Shown one piece after another: positions 54,291 through 63,214 of a stretch of DNA of 64,000 bases; position 1 is the first letter of the stretch, and each line of letters starts with the position of its first letter. The position numbers and the translations under genes are program-made. Source of the stretch: Flavobacteriales bacterium (GTDB lineage: Bacteria; Bacteroidota; Bacteroidia; Flavobacteriales_G; Salibacteraceae); the NCBI GenBank assembly GCA_018660685.1, contig JABJJW010000020.1:44257-108256 (forward strand), given 5' to 3'. Below the pieces are notes generated by a model. It was not told the origin of the DNA and did not search any database. It saw nothing but the letters and a program-made list of their open reading frames with translations.

Positions 54291-55496
54291 TTAGAAGGAT
54301 AGTTCGGTTTGTAATCTGAACATTAACTTGTCGCTAGCAAAAATGGTTGAAAGGGCTCGTTCGTATGTTAAGTCAGTTTGAACTTTTAGGTTGTGTCCCA
54401 TAAAATATTTAGAGAGCCCAGCGGTTATCTGTTCCGTGTGTTTTATATCAGATGCAAGCCCCGATAACGGCATGATTCGAGTGTATCGCCCTGCGATTTC
54501 ATAGTTAGATTTCAAGAGGTATCCGGCTTGACATGTATATCCAAAACCTTGGCGAAATGCTCGTCCATTGTAATCTCGGAAATCACCAAGGCTACTTTCT
54601 CTGTATGCGACCTCGGCCAAAACTGAAAAGCCGTTGTATTTGAACATCAAATCGGCAAACAGAGCTGTGAGATCACTCTCAATGTAGGCTCCGCTGCTAT
54701 CAACGAGCAGTTTTCCTAATTGGCCGCCTTGTCGAATCGCGCCTTGATTAAAGTCAGCCGTAACTGCGATGGCGAGTTTGGCTGTTTCTTCTCTTTTGAG
54801 GTCTGAGGAGAAGTAATCTCCTTTGTCTGTAAACTCTCCCATAGGAAGGAATTCAATTCTACCCGTGAAGTCAAGCCCACCGTTGTCTGTGACGATGACA
54901 TTTCGGCCTTCTCCCAGACTTACCGATTCTTTGAGCAAAAGGACCGCCTCGCCCAATTTGAGTTTATGTCTTAGCTGAAATCCAAAATCACGATCAATGT
55001 TGAACTTGCTATTCACATTGCTTCGATCAACAAACTGTAGCTTTTGGGATGACACCACGCGCTCCCTATTTCCAGGCAGCTTAGTTTGACCGAACCACAG
55101 TTGGGTCCCTTTGGCGACTTCGTACTTAACAACCGCGTCGAGGATAATTCTCGCATTTCCACCAACAAGATTAGCATCGTCACTGTACTTCGTGTCTCGG
55201 TTACTTAATCCAAGTTCAATTTTATACTTGATACGTGGTGAGAATGCTTGACCATCAAATTTGAGTCGAGCCCGTCGAGTCATCCCTTGCACAGTTGGAG
55301 AAGATCCCGATGGAGTGAGGACCTGATTGTAGATGAACAGATTCTGGATTCGAGCGCTCATTTTGATGGTGCTCAACCCGTCGCCGGTAGCAAAGTTTAT
55401 TCCCTTGCCCCATTTCTCATATTCCAGTTTCTGTGCAGATGCTGCTGTGCCGAGAAAGAGTGTAGCGCAGAGTAGTGTGGTTAGCTTCAAATTCAT
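54291..55496 (-). CDS. Outer-membrane porin, probably phosphate-selective (by context)
   Basis: 401 aa with a signal peptide, beta-barrel pattern and C-terminal ...LQTELSF. Lies immediately upstream of the Na/Pi transporter. Confidence 0.65.
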   Translation of the reverse strand: MNLKLTTLLCATLFLGTAASAQKLEYEKWGKGINFATGDGLSTIKMSARIQNLFIYNQVLTPSGSSPTVQGMTRRARLKFDGQAFSPRIKYKIELGLSNRDTKYSDDANLVGGNARIILDAVVKYEVAKGTQLWFGQTKLPGNRERVVSSQKLQFVDRSNVNSKFNIDRDFGFQLRHKLKLGEAVLLLKESVSLGEGRNVIVTDNGGLDFTGRIEFLPMGEFTDKGDYFSSDLKREETAKLAIAVTADFNQGAIRQGGQLGKLLVDSSGAYIESDLTALFADLMFKYNGFSVLAEVAYRESSLGDFRDYNGRAFRQGFGYTCQAGYLLKSNYEIAGRYTRIMPLSGLASDIKHTEQITAGLSKYFMGHNLKVQTDLTYERALSTIFASDKLMFRLQTELSF

Positions 55497-55724
55497 GGCG
55501 CAAATGTTTCTATTTCAGAGACTTGGCCGACACACGAACCCCCTGTACCACATAGACTTAATATAAAGTTTACACCAAAAAATGGCTCTTGGTCATCTGT
55601 GATCTATAACTAGCTTGCCACAGGGTGATTCTTCATTGAAAAGTGAAACCCCCGATGTATCGTCAAACATTAAGGGAATATTAAGCCCTCTGAATTCTCA
55701 TTCGAAAAAGAACATAATAGGTTG

Positions 55725-55742
55725 ATTTACAGCAATGTAAAT
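55725..55742. promoter_or_regulatory. Inverted repeat ATTTACA-gcaa-TGTAAAT in the 353-nt porin/regulator intergenic region
   Basis: Read directly, with 7-bp perfect arms. Confidence 0.3.
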
Positions 55743-55849
55743 TGATGAGTCCTGATTTTCCAGGAAGCAGGGTTAAGTAATCGTTAAATGGTGAGGCTAA
55801 GGAACTTGACATGACCTCCTGCTGGATAAAAGTTTATCACCTTTGTTTG

Positions 55850-56584
55850 ATGCCTTCCAAGAGACATATTAAATCTGATTTGGAAAATGACGAACTCATC
55901 CTTTCCAAAAAGAAGATTTTGCTTGTTGATGACGAAAAGGACATTCTTGAATTCCTGAGTTATAACATCAAGAAAGAGGGCGCAAAAGTTTACACGGCTA
56001 CCAATGGATTGGAAGCGATTGACCTAGCGAAGAAGAAAAAACCCGACCTCATTCTTCTTGATGTCATGATGCCAGAAATGGACGGAATTGAAACCTGCCA
56101 GCAGTTGAGAGAAAGTCTTGAAACAAAGGATATAATGATTGCATTCTTGACCGCACGAGGAGAGGATTACTCTCAGATTGCAGGCTTTGACGCCGGTGCG
56201 GATGACTACATATCCAAACCAATTAAACCCCGATTGCTGATCAGCAGGGTTAAGGCATTACTCCGAAGGAAACAGCACGCAAGCCCTGCGGTATCTGCAA
56301 TAGAACTTAAGAGCTTGACAATAGATCGGGATCGATACATTGTTCTAAAGGACAATCAGGAGATTAATCTCCCTAAAAAAGAGTTTGAACTCCTTGCTCT
56401 TTTGATATCAGTTCCGGGTAAAGTATTTACCAGGGACAACATTTTATCATCGGTCTGGGGAGACGACGTGGTGGTAGGAGATAGAACGATTGACGTTCAT
56501 ATCAGAAAGCTCCGTGAAAAATTAGGAGTTAACCATATCAGGACTATCAAAGGAGTCGGGTATAAATTTGAAGATTCCAAATAG
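55850..56584 (+). CDS. OmpR/PhoB-family response regulator
   Basis: Start moved to ATG 55850 (MPSKRH...). Receiver blocks LLVDDEKD, LILLDVMMPEMDG and KP. Winged helix RTIDVHIRKLREKL...GVGYKF. Confidence 0.85.
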   Translation: MPSKRHIKSDLENDELILSKKKILLVDDEKDILEFLSYNIKKEGAKVYTATNGLEAIDLAKKKKPDLILLDVMMPEMDGIETCQQLRESLETKDIMIAFLTARGEDYSQIAGFDAGADDYISKPIKPRLLISRVKALLRRKQHASPAVSAIELKSLTIDRDRYIVLKDNQEINLPKKEFELLALLISVPGKVFTRDNILSSVWGDDVVVGDRTIDVHIRKLREKLGVNHIRTIKGVGYKFEDSK

Positions 56585-56613
56585 GTTAATTCCTGTTGCT
56601 AATTTCAATTTCA

Positions 56614-57663
56614 ATGAAAATCGAATCACCAAGACAGGTGGCCACGTTTATTGCTTTGTTTACCACCATTGTGGTTTTCGGTGCGATGGCGGCTATTGTT
56701 AGTTTGGGTAATTCTTCCATTCCTCTCTGGATTTGGCTGGTTGTAGGAATGACGGCTTTTGGCAGCTCGTTCGGACTCTCGTGGTGGGCGGTTGAGACAT
56801 TCCTCCACGAAAAAATCAAACTCATCTACAGGGTTCTTCATTCACCGGAGCAGATGGAGCGGAAAGCGCAATCGAAACCACGTTCTGGAGATGCTCTAGC
56901 AGATGTTCAAAAGGATGTTGAAACATGGGCTTCAGTGAAAAAGGATGAAATTGAAACACTGAGAACTCAGGCGCAATTCAGACGAGAATTTATTGGCAAC
57001 CTAGCACACGAGTTGAGGACACCAATCTTCAATATGCAGGGATATCTCCTCACATTGCTGGAAGGAGGATTGAATGATCCAAGCATCAATGAGGACTATC
57101 TGAGTCGAGCGGACTCAAACCTAGATCGGTTGATTGAACTGGTCAAGGACCTCGAAGGAATTTCTAATTTGGAATCTGGACGCGAGCCGACGGATCCGAG
57201 ACGGTTCAATATTATCGAGTTGTGTGGTGAGGTGTTTTCAAATTTGGAACTCCGAGCGAAGAAGAAAAAGAAGATCAAGTTGAAGCTCAACAAAAGCTAT
57301 GACAAGCCGGTTTGGGTCAAGGCGGATAAGAATAAGATTGAGCAAGTTTTGACCAACCTGGTGCTGAATGCGATCCACTACGGCGAGGAAGGCGGTAAAT
57401 GCGAGGTCGGGTTTTTCGACATGTCCCAGAATATTATGGTTGAGGTAACGGATGATGGAATTGGTATTGATGCCGAACACATTCCTCGGTTGTTTGAACG
57501 ATTCTACAGAGTGGATAAAAGCCGCTCTAGAAATGAAGGAGGAACAGGATTGGGGTTAGCCATTTGTAAACACATTCTTGAATCACACGGCCAAACTATC
57601 AGCGCCAACAGTGTTCCGGGGGAAGGAACTATCTTCACCTTCACCCTCGAAAAAGCCAAGTAA
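56614..57663 (+). CDS. Sensor histidine kinase (PhoR-like by context)
   Basis: Start moved to ATG 56614 (the ORF track uses TTG 56596). Two TM segments, H-box LAHELRTPI, N-box NLVLNAIHY, and DDGIGI and GTGLGLAI. Confidence 0.85.
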   Translation: MKIESPRQVATFIALFTTIVVFGAMAAIVSLGNSSIPLWIWLVVGMTAFGSSFGLSWWAVETFLHEKIKLIYRVLHSPEQMERKAQSKPRSGDALADVQKDVETWASVKKDEIETLRTQAQFRREFIGNLAHELRTPIFNMQGYLLTLLEGGLNDPSINEDYLSRADSNLDRLIELVKDLEGISNLESGREPTDPRRFNIIELCGEVFSNLELRAKKKKKIKLKLNKSYDKPVWVKADKNKIEQVLTNLVLNAIHYGEEGGKCEVGFFDMSQNIMVEVTDDGIGIDAEHIPRLFERFYRVDKSRSRNEGGTGLGLAICKHILESHGQTISANSVPGEGTIFTFTLEKAK

Positions 57664-57666
57664 ATT

Positions 57667-58656
57667 ATGAACGCATTTAGAACTGAGGTCTCTGCACCGG
57701 AGTTCAACTTTTCTGTTGATCACAATGATCACGTGTTCATGGTGGGTTCTTGTTTTACCGAAAATGTAGGAGATCGACTTCGCAGAAAGAAATTCGAACT
57801 CTGCACCAATCCATTTGGAATTCACTTCAATCCATTCTCGATTATGAATTCTCTTGAGAGAATGTTGGGAAACCGACCTTATCAAGAGGCTGACCTTGTG
57901 AAGAGCGGTGAGCATTGGGTCAGTTTAGATCATCATGGAAGATTCAACAATCGATCGATCGAAGAATGCCTCGAGGGGATAAATAAGGAAATGAACCTTG
58001 GCCGAATTGCATTGGAGAAAGCCAACGCCGTCTTTGTCACCCTAGGCTCAGCTTGGGTATACGAATACAAGGAGACTGGGCATTTAGTAGCGAATTGCCA
58101 CAAGATTCCCAACCGTCAATTCACCAAGCGGATATTATCATTCCAAGAGACAAACCTCATTTTAGCGCAAATTCCTGAACTGTTAAAGGCTCATGGAATT
58201 CAGGCTGAAGTCATTTTCACGGTGAGCCCAATTCGCCATTGGAAAGATGGCCCCTCTCAAAATCAAAGAAGTAAATCAACGTTGATTAGCGCAGTCCATA
58301 ATGTTGTTGATCAATATGATAATTGCCACTATTTTCCATCCTATGAAATGATGATGGACGACTTGAGGGATTATCGGTTCTACAAGACGGATATGTTGCA
58401 TCCTACAGAGCAAGCGTTGGACTATGTGTGGATGAAGTTTGAAGAATCGTTCTTCAGCGACGAGACCCGAATAATCTGCAAAGAACTCTTGCAGGTCATC
58501 CAAGCGAGCGAGCATCGTCCGATGGATCCGGAGAGCAACTCCTACCAGCGATTCCTTCGCAAGCAATTGGATCTAATTGATGCGCTGGAGTCCAAGTACG
58601 CGCACCTTGACTTGAGCCAAGAGCGAGAGGCATTCTCTAAGTATGTTTTGAAGTAA
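57667..58656 (+). CDS. GSCFA domain protein
   Basis: 329 aa with the eponymous GSCF motif (FMVGSCFTENVG). Confidence 0.75.
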   Translation: MNAFRTEVSAPEFNFSVDHNDHVFMVGSCFTENVGDRLRRKKFELCTNPFGIHFNPFSIMNSLERMLGNRPYQEADLVKSGEHWVSLDHHGRFNNRSIEECLEGINKEMNLGRIALEKANAVFVTLGSAWVYEYKETGHLVANCHKIPNRQFTKRILSFQETNLILAQIPELLKAHGIQAEVIFTVSPIRHWKDGPSQNQRSKSTLISAVHNVVDQYDNCHYFPSYEMMMDDLRDYRFYKTDMLHPTEQALDYVWMKFEESFFSDETRIICKELLQVIQASEHRPMDPESNSYQRFLRKQLDLIDALESKYAHLDLSQEREAFSKYVLK

Positions 58657-59584
58657 TCGGGTCTGCAGAATGCAGCAGGGCTAAATACTCCTGTTCGGTT
58701 TGCCCAGGCGTAGGGTAATACTCCGCTTTCAAACCTAAGGCATGCAAATCCATGATGGTGCTGTAACCGCTTCGACTCACGATTCGATTTGAATTGGAAA
58801 GTGCAGCGACCATCTCGTCGTCCGCTAAATGATTTCGGACCTGGATCTCGTCAATGGATTGTTCTTCTTTCTTTTCAGGCTTCCCTTTCAGTATGAGTGC
58901 CCGAAGATTTTTTTCAATGCAATCTCTGGTCACTTCTGCTTCGAAAATGCTCCGTTGCGGCTCGGGCCCACTCACAATTGCCACTAAGTCCCAGGCCTCG
59001 GTTGATTGTCCACGAGACCCGGAATTGAATCTGCTGAGAGGACCAATGTATTTAGCGTTTTTAGGCAGATGCTTTGGATGAGAAAGTTCGCCGGCGAGGC
59101 CAGGTGCCTTTTCAAAATCAGGAATCCACACTTCAGAATAGCGATCCATTACCCATCGATTGAACCGGTTTATTAGCCTTTCGAACACAGGCGATTTAAT
59201 GTGAATCTGATGAGAGATGAAGATTGATGGAACCTTTTTTGACCATAAGCCAAATCGGGAATCGGATATTACCAAGTCGATTTGTTCTTCACGAACAAAG
59301 GCTTGAAGCAGCTTGTGTTCTTTCCAAATGGATTTGAGAAGAAGGAGGCCATTATGCATTAGGTGACGAACCATGTTCCCATCCACAGGGTAAGTAATAG
59401 GTACAAATGGAATGTGCGAGAACTTACAATTGGGAAAGTGTTCTTGGAGGAGAGCTTTAGGTCCTCCTTCAGCTGAAATAATCACCTCATTGCCCATAGC
59501 CAGTTGATCCTTTATTATGGGAACGCAACGGCTTGCATGGCCCAATCCCCAATGAAGCGGAGCAACGAGAACGCGCTTAGACAT
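58637..59584 (-). CDS. MurG/GT28-like glycosyltransferase
   Basis: 315 aa with N-terminal HWGLGHASRC, typical of the GT-B UDP-glycosyltransferase fold. Confidence 0.6.
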   Translation of the reverse strand: MSKRVLVAPLHWGLGHASRCVPIIKDQLAMGNEVIISAEGGPKALLQEHFPNCKFSHIPFVPITYPVDGNMVRHLMHNGLLLLKSIWKEHKLLQAFVREEQIDLVISDSRFGLWSKKVPSIFISHQIHIKSPVFERLINRFNRWVMDRYSEVWIPDFEKAPGLAGELSHPKHLPKNAKYIGPLSRFNSGSRGQSTEAWDLVAIVSGPEPQRSIFEAEVTRDCIEKNLRALILKGKPEKKEEQSIDEIQVRNHLADDEMVAALSNSNRIVSRSGYSTIMDLHALGLKAEYYPTPGQTEQEYLALLHSADPITSKHT

Positions 59585-59635
59585 ACATTCAAAAGAACAA
59601 AATCAAAACGCACCTTTGTGGCCGTTTTAATCCTG

Positions 59636-60334
59636 ATGGCTAAGAACAAACTCAAAAAATTCGCTGCAGTTAAGGACATGCCTCATGTCATTGAGCCTCC
59701 TTTCGGGGAGATCATTGGCAAGAATCACGCTCTTAAAGGGAAGTGGCATGAGGAGTTTGGAAATTCAAACCCGATCGTCCTAGAGTTGGCTTGTGGAAAA
59801 GGAGAATATTCGGTTGGGATGGCGAAGATTTTTCCAGATAAGAACTTCATTGGCATTGACATCAAAGGAGCTCGCATGTTTAGTGGGGCGACTGAAGTGG
59901 CTGAACAAGGGCTTCAAAACGTGCGATTTCTCCGAACCAAAATTGACTTCATTACTTCCTTTTTTGATGCTGAGGAAGTAAGCGAAATTTGGATTTTGTT
60001 CGCCGACCCACAGTTAGGAAAGCCTCGAAAGAGACTGACCAGTTCGCTTTTTCTCAATAGATACGTCCAGCTGCTTAAATCAGGCGGAGCTCTTCATCTC
60101 AAATCTGACAGCACGGATCTGTATGAATATACAAGGGATGAATCCATTCCTGAATTCAATGAAACACGTGGGCGCTTTTCGAAAGAGTTCGATACCGACG
60201 AGTTGTATGAAAAAGGTATCTATGACTTGGACAAAACGATGCAAGTTGTCCTGAACATTCGAACCTTTTACGAGCAGATGTGGTTGGAGCAAGGAAAGAA
60301 GATCAAGTACTTGACCTACAAACTCATTTCTTGA
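59636..60334 (+). CDS. trmB: tRNA (guanine-N7)-methyltransferase
   Basis: Start moved to MAKNKLKKFA (ATG 59636). Blocks LELACGKGEYSV, GIDIKG and FADPQLGKPRKR. Confidence 0.88.
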   Translation: MAKNKLKKFAAVKDMPHVIEPPFGEIIGKNHALKGKWHEEFGNSNPIVLELACGKGEYSVGMAKIFPDKNFIGIDIKGARMFSGATEVAEQGLQNVRFLRTKIDFITSFFDAEEVSEIWILFADPQLGKPRKRLTSSLFLNRYVQLLKSGGALHLKSDSTDLYEYTRDESIPEFNETRGRFSKEFDTDELYEKGIYDLDKTMQVVLNIRTFYEQMWLEQGKKIKYLTYKLIS

Positions 60335-61482
60335 TGCCTCGGATTCCAGTGACCTGTTTCCTTTTTATTTCTTAAGCCTTTGGTGACCATATTGTAGTCG
60401 AGGAAGTAGGTGAGACGTAAAGAAATATTGTTTTGAACCGGGGCGTCAAAAGTTCCTTCTAGGTTTCTGATATATGAGTCACCAACGTAGTTATCGACTG
60501 ACGCGGCTGAGTTTCGATAGAGGATGACCAACCCGCTACCAGGAGCGAACCACCAAGAATATTTAATTTCAATGTTGAACGTGTTAAAGTTGAGGTCATT
60601 TACATCATCCAGATCAGCCGCTGTGAGATCTCCATTTTTTTCAAGGATGTAGAAAGACAGGTAGTCGATGTCTGCATATGCATGACGCAGTTGCAGCGTA
60701 AGAGAAGATTTGGGCGTGAAAACGTATTGTGCGTTGATGATGTTTTCAATTCTGTATTGATTCCGCTTCCCGAAGTAAATCAAATCTGGGTCATTGTCAG
60801 GGACGTAGCCATAGTCACTTTTTACGTTCGTGATTCGAACCTTCGGCGTTGTAAAAAAGTGATCTCCTAATCTAACTCGTGGACGAAATTCAATTCCGTA
60901 TTCTTCGCGACCCATGTCGAACCATGGATAGTACCACCCGTTCATGTCCAAGGCTAAGACCTTGCGATAATCTGTGGAGATAAACCCACTGAAATAGGCC
61001 TGTCCCGGCACTTTAAACCATCTCCCGGGTGCACGAGGTTCGAAGTAGTTGTATGACACTCCAGGGGTACTTACTAAGTTGATCCCAAAGGCAAAAAATG
61101 ACTTGGTCAAGTGGAATGCATCGTATCCAACGTAAAACTCCTCAAAGCGATATGGTTTGTACAAGGATCGGTACTCACCCCATACAGCATGTCGATATTT
61201 ATTGAACGGACCTTGAGGTTGAGTGGTTCGGTATGCAAATTCAGCTTTGTGTCTTATTCTATTGTTTCTTGGCTGAAAACCCAGATCATTCATGTTGAAA
61301 TCATCCGTCGTTATTTGCTGGAGGGCCCACCAAACCCAATTGCCATTAACCTTCGAGAGGGCCAGTCGACTTTGATAACCATCTGTGACTTTGTTGGTAT
61401 CGAACAATGCACTTTGACTGGCACTTGCTTCCAGATTGTGACTGCCCTTTTTATTGAAAAAGGAACCTAAGGCCGTAAGCAC
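60316..61482 (-). CDS. C-terminal fragment (DUF5916-like beta-barrel part) of an interrupted gene
   Basis: 388 aa as drawn from GTG. Same reading frame as the ORF ending at 61495. Confidence 0.6.
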   Translation of the reverse strand: MLTALGSFFNKKGSHNLEASASQSALFDTNKVTDGYQSRLALSKVNGNWVWWALQQITTDDFNMNDLGFQPRNNRIRHKAEFAYRTTQPQGPFNKYRHAVWGEYRSLYKPYRFEEFYVGYDAFHLTKSFFAFGINLVSTPGVSYNYFEPRAPGRWFKVPGQAYFSGFISTDYRKVLALDMNGWYYPWFDMGREEYGIEFRPRVRLGDHFFTTPKVRITNVKSDYGYVPDNDPDLIYFGKRNQYRIENIINAQYVFTPKSSLTLQLRHAYADIDYLSFYILEKNGDLTAADLDDVNDLNFNTFNIEIKYSWWFAPGSGLVILYRNSAASVDNYVGDSYIRNLEGTFDAPVQNNISLRLTYFLDYNMVTKGLRNKKETGHWNPRHQEMSL

Positions 61483-61494
61483 ATTCGCGTCCCT

Positions 61495-62778
61495 CTACCC
61501 GCCTTTTCGTAAAACATTGGTATTCATCAAGCCGAAAGATGAATTGCGATTGAACCGCTGGTCGAGGACGAGCACGTTGTAGTTCGTCATTGGTTCGGTG
61601 AGAATTTGAGTTTCTACACCCTCTTCAATTCGGGTCGAATAGTTTGCGTCAGTAATGGCATTCAAAAACCCGACCCCGAGGTTCTTCTTCGTCCGTCCTG
61701 AGATTTTCGCGGCATTCAGTAGTCGTGTATACTCCTGCCTGATCTCTACACTGTCATTCGAATTCAATTCAACACCTTGAATGTTTTTAGGTGCCCCACC
61801 GATTCGACGAGAATAGAATTGATCACCTTGATTAAATAACTCAGTCCCTTCGGTAAAAAATTGTCGATTTTCCTCAAAATAGTTTTCGAACGGAGACAGG
61901 TTTAGGAACTGCTGATCATAGGCGACTTGCCCGAAGTCAGGAATGAGCGTCATGTCCAATGTGAAGCTCTCATTTAGTCCATATTTTAAATCAAGCCCCG
62001 CATTGAAATCATAGGATGTTGCCCCATCAAAATCATCGACATAACCACTCACATATGGCATGAGAGAAAGTCTCACTGGCGGATCTATTCCGCTCATTCC
62101 CGTGAGCAACCCACTCATATATTCGAGTCTATAGCCCGCGCTTATATCAAGGAAATTCCACGAGTACATTCTCCGAGTTCTTCGGATGCTACGCATGAAA
62201 TTGAGGCCCCATTCAGACACTTGCTCCTTTGGAAACCGCAAGGCCATGTATGGAAGCTCAACCTCTACTGACCAACCTTCCTCATTGATATCGATGGCGC
62301 TTTTCCAAACGGAGTTGAGGCTGAAATCATCACCCTCTGTAGTCGTTCGACTATCGGCTTGTGTGCCTGCTGCGGTTACCCAAAAATTAAAATCACTCAA
62401 TCCGTCGTTGTAAGGATTGATGAAAAACCCAAACCAATCAACGTTCTTATCCATGTCGTCCCTCTTCGTAAGTTGAGTAAGAATACTGTCCGGATTGGGG
62501 TCGTACATCATTGCGCCGATGTACATGGCTTCATCGGTAAATAGAATCTTAACCTCTGTTCTAAATTTTGGATCCTCGGCATCGCCATTTCCAGGCTCGA
62601 ACATGACAAAGTCTTTTGCGACGCTGACCGTATTCCAAACATCTTCATCCAACTTTCCATCCAATTTCGGAGTGATGGAAATCTTTTGAGCGTCCAGTTT
62701 CTTCTTCACGGGTTCCTCATCGGAGGCGCGTAATTGAAGGAATGAAGTGGTTAGCAAGAGTAGCAGGGCCAATCGCAT
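61495..62778 (-). CDS. N-terminal fragment (signal peptide, CBM9-like domain, start of the DUF5916-like region) of an interrupted gene
   Basis: 427 aa with block ITPKLDGKLDEDVWNTVSVAKDFVMFEPGNG. Ends at TAG 61495-61497. Confidence 0.6.
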   Translation of the reverse strand: MRLALLLLLTTSFLQLRASDEEPVKKKLDAQKISITPKLDGKLDEDVWNTVSVAKDFVMFEPGNGDAEDPKFRTEVKILFTDEAMYIGAMMYDPNPDSILTQLTKRDDMDKNVDWFGFFINPYNDGLSDFNFWVTAAGTQADSRTTTEGDDFSLNSVWKSAIDINEEGWSVEVELPYMALRFPKEQVSEWGLNFMRSIRRTRRMYSWNFLDISAGYRLEYMSGLLTGMSGIDPPVRLSLMPYVSGYVDDFDGATSYDFNAGLDLKYGLNESFTLDMTLIPDFGQVAYDQQFLNLSPFENYFEENRQFFTEGTELFNQGDQFYSRRIGGAPKNIQGVELNSNDSVEIRQEYTRLLNAAKISGRTKKNLGVGFLNAITDANYSTRIEEGVETQILTEPMTNYNVLVLDQRFNRNSSFGLMNTNVLRKGG

Positions 62779-62875
62779 TCGGCGAATCTAGAGGGATAAT
62801 GAATTCGACTTGAAGCTATTAACGCATTTTTGTGACTTGCGTCGGGATATGTTATGAAAAGAGTGCTGATTAACT

Positions 62876-63214
62876 ATGGATGATAATTTCTTCGATTCGG
62901 TGTACCAAGTCGTCCGACTCATTCCACATGGAAGGGTGACGAGCTATGGCGCCATTGGTAAGTACCTCGGAGCGCCAAGATCAGCTCGAATGGTTGGATG
63001 GGCAATGAATGGAGCGCATGGAGTTTCGCCAACCGTGCCAGCTCATAGAGTCGTGAATAGCAAAGGTCTCTTGACTGGAAAGATTCATTTTTCGACTCCT
63101 TTTGCCATGGAAGAAAACTTGGAGAAAGAAGGTGTAGAAATAAAGAATGACCAGGTTGTGAATTTCAAGAATGTGTTTTGGGATCCGAGTGAGGATCTCA
63201 ACCTCGAACGCTAA
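62876..63214 (+). CDS. MGMT-family DNA-binding protein lacking the acceptor Cys (alkyltransferase-like, ATL)
   Basis: 112 aa with IPHGRVTSYG, PRSARMVG and VPAHRVVNSKG. The canonical PCHR is PAHR here (Ala codon GCT at 63041-63043). Confidence 0.75.
   Translation: MDDNFFDSVYQVVRLIPHGRVTSYGAIGKYLGAPRSARMVGWAMNGAHGVSPTVPAHRVVNSKGLLTGKIHFSTPFAMEENLEKEGVEIKNDQVVNFKNVFWDPSEDLNLER

Larger units (their letters stand above)
60316..62778 (-). pseudogene. CBM9/DUF5916-type outer-membrane protein gene with a single in-frame TAG (alternative reading of the two fragments above)
   Basis: Both ORFs share one frame. Read-through gives ...VLRKGG-TAG-RDANVLTALGSFF..., about 820 codons, the usual size of this family as I recall it. 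Confidence 0.55.

Noticed and set aside
61495-61497. TAG reassignment or read-through as a genome-wide feature
   Set aside because: Several well-supported genes in this window terminate with TAG at the expected protein ends (for example at 4166-4168, 6537-6539 and 18804-18806), so TAG functions as a stop here.
510-62689. Many 60-160-aa ORFs in the six-frame track that lie inside or antisense to longer genes (for example 510..734, 1310..1774, 12315..12695, 38377..38769, 53692..54093, 61111..61470)
   Set aside because: They overlap long ORFs with clear family motifs, have no recognisable motifs themselves, and show the low-complexity composition typical of shadow frames.
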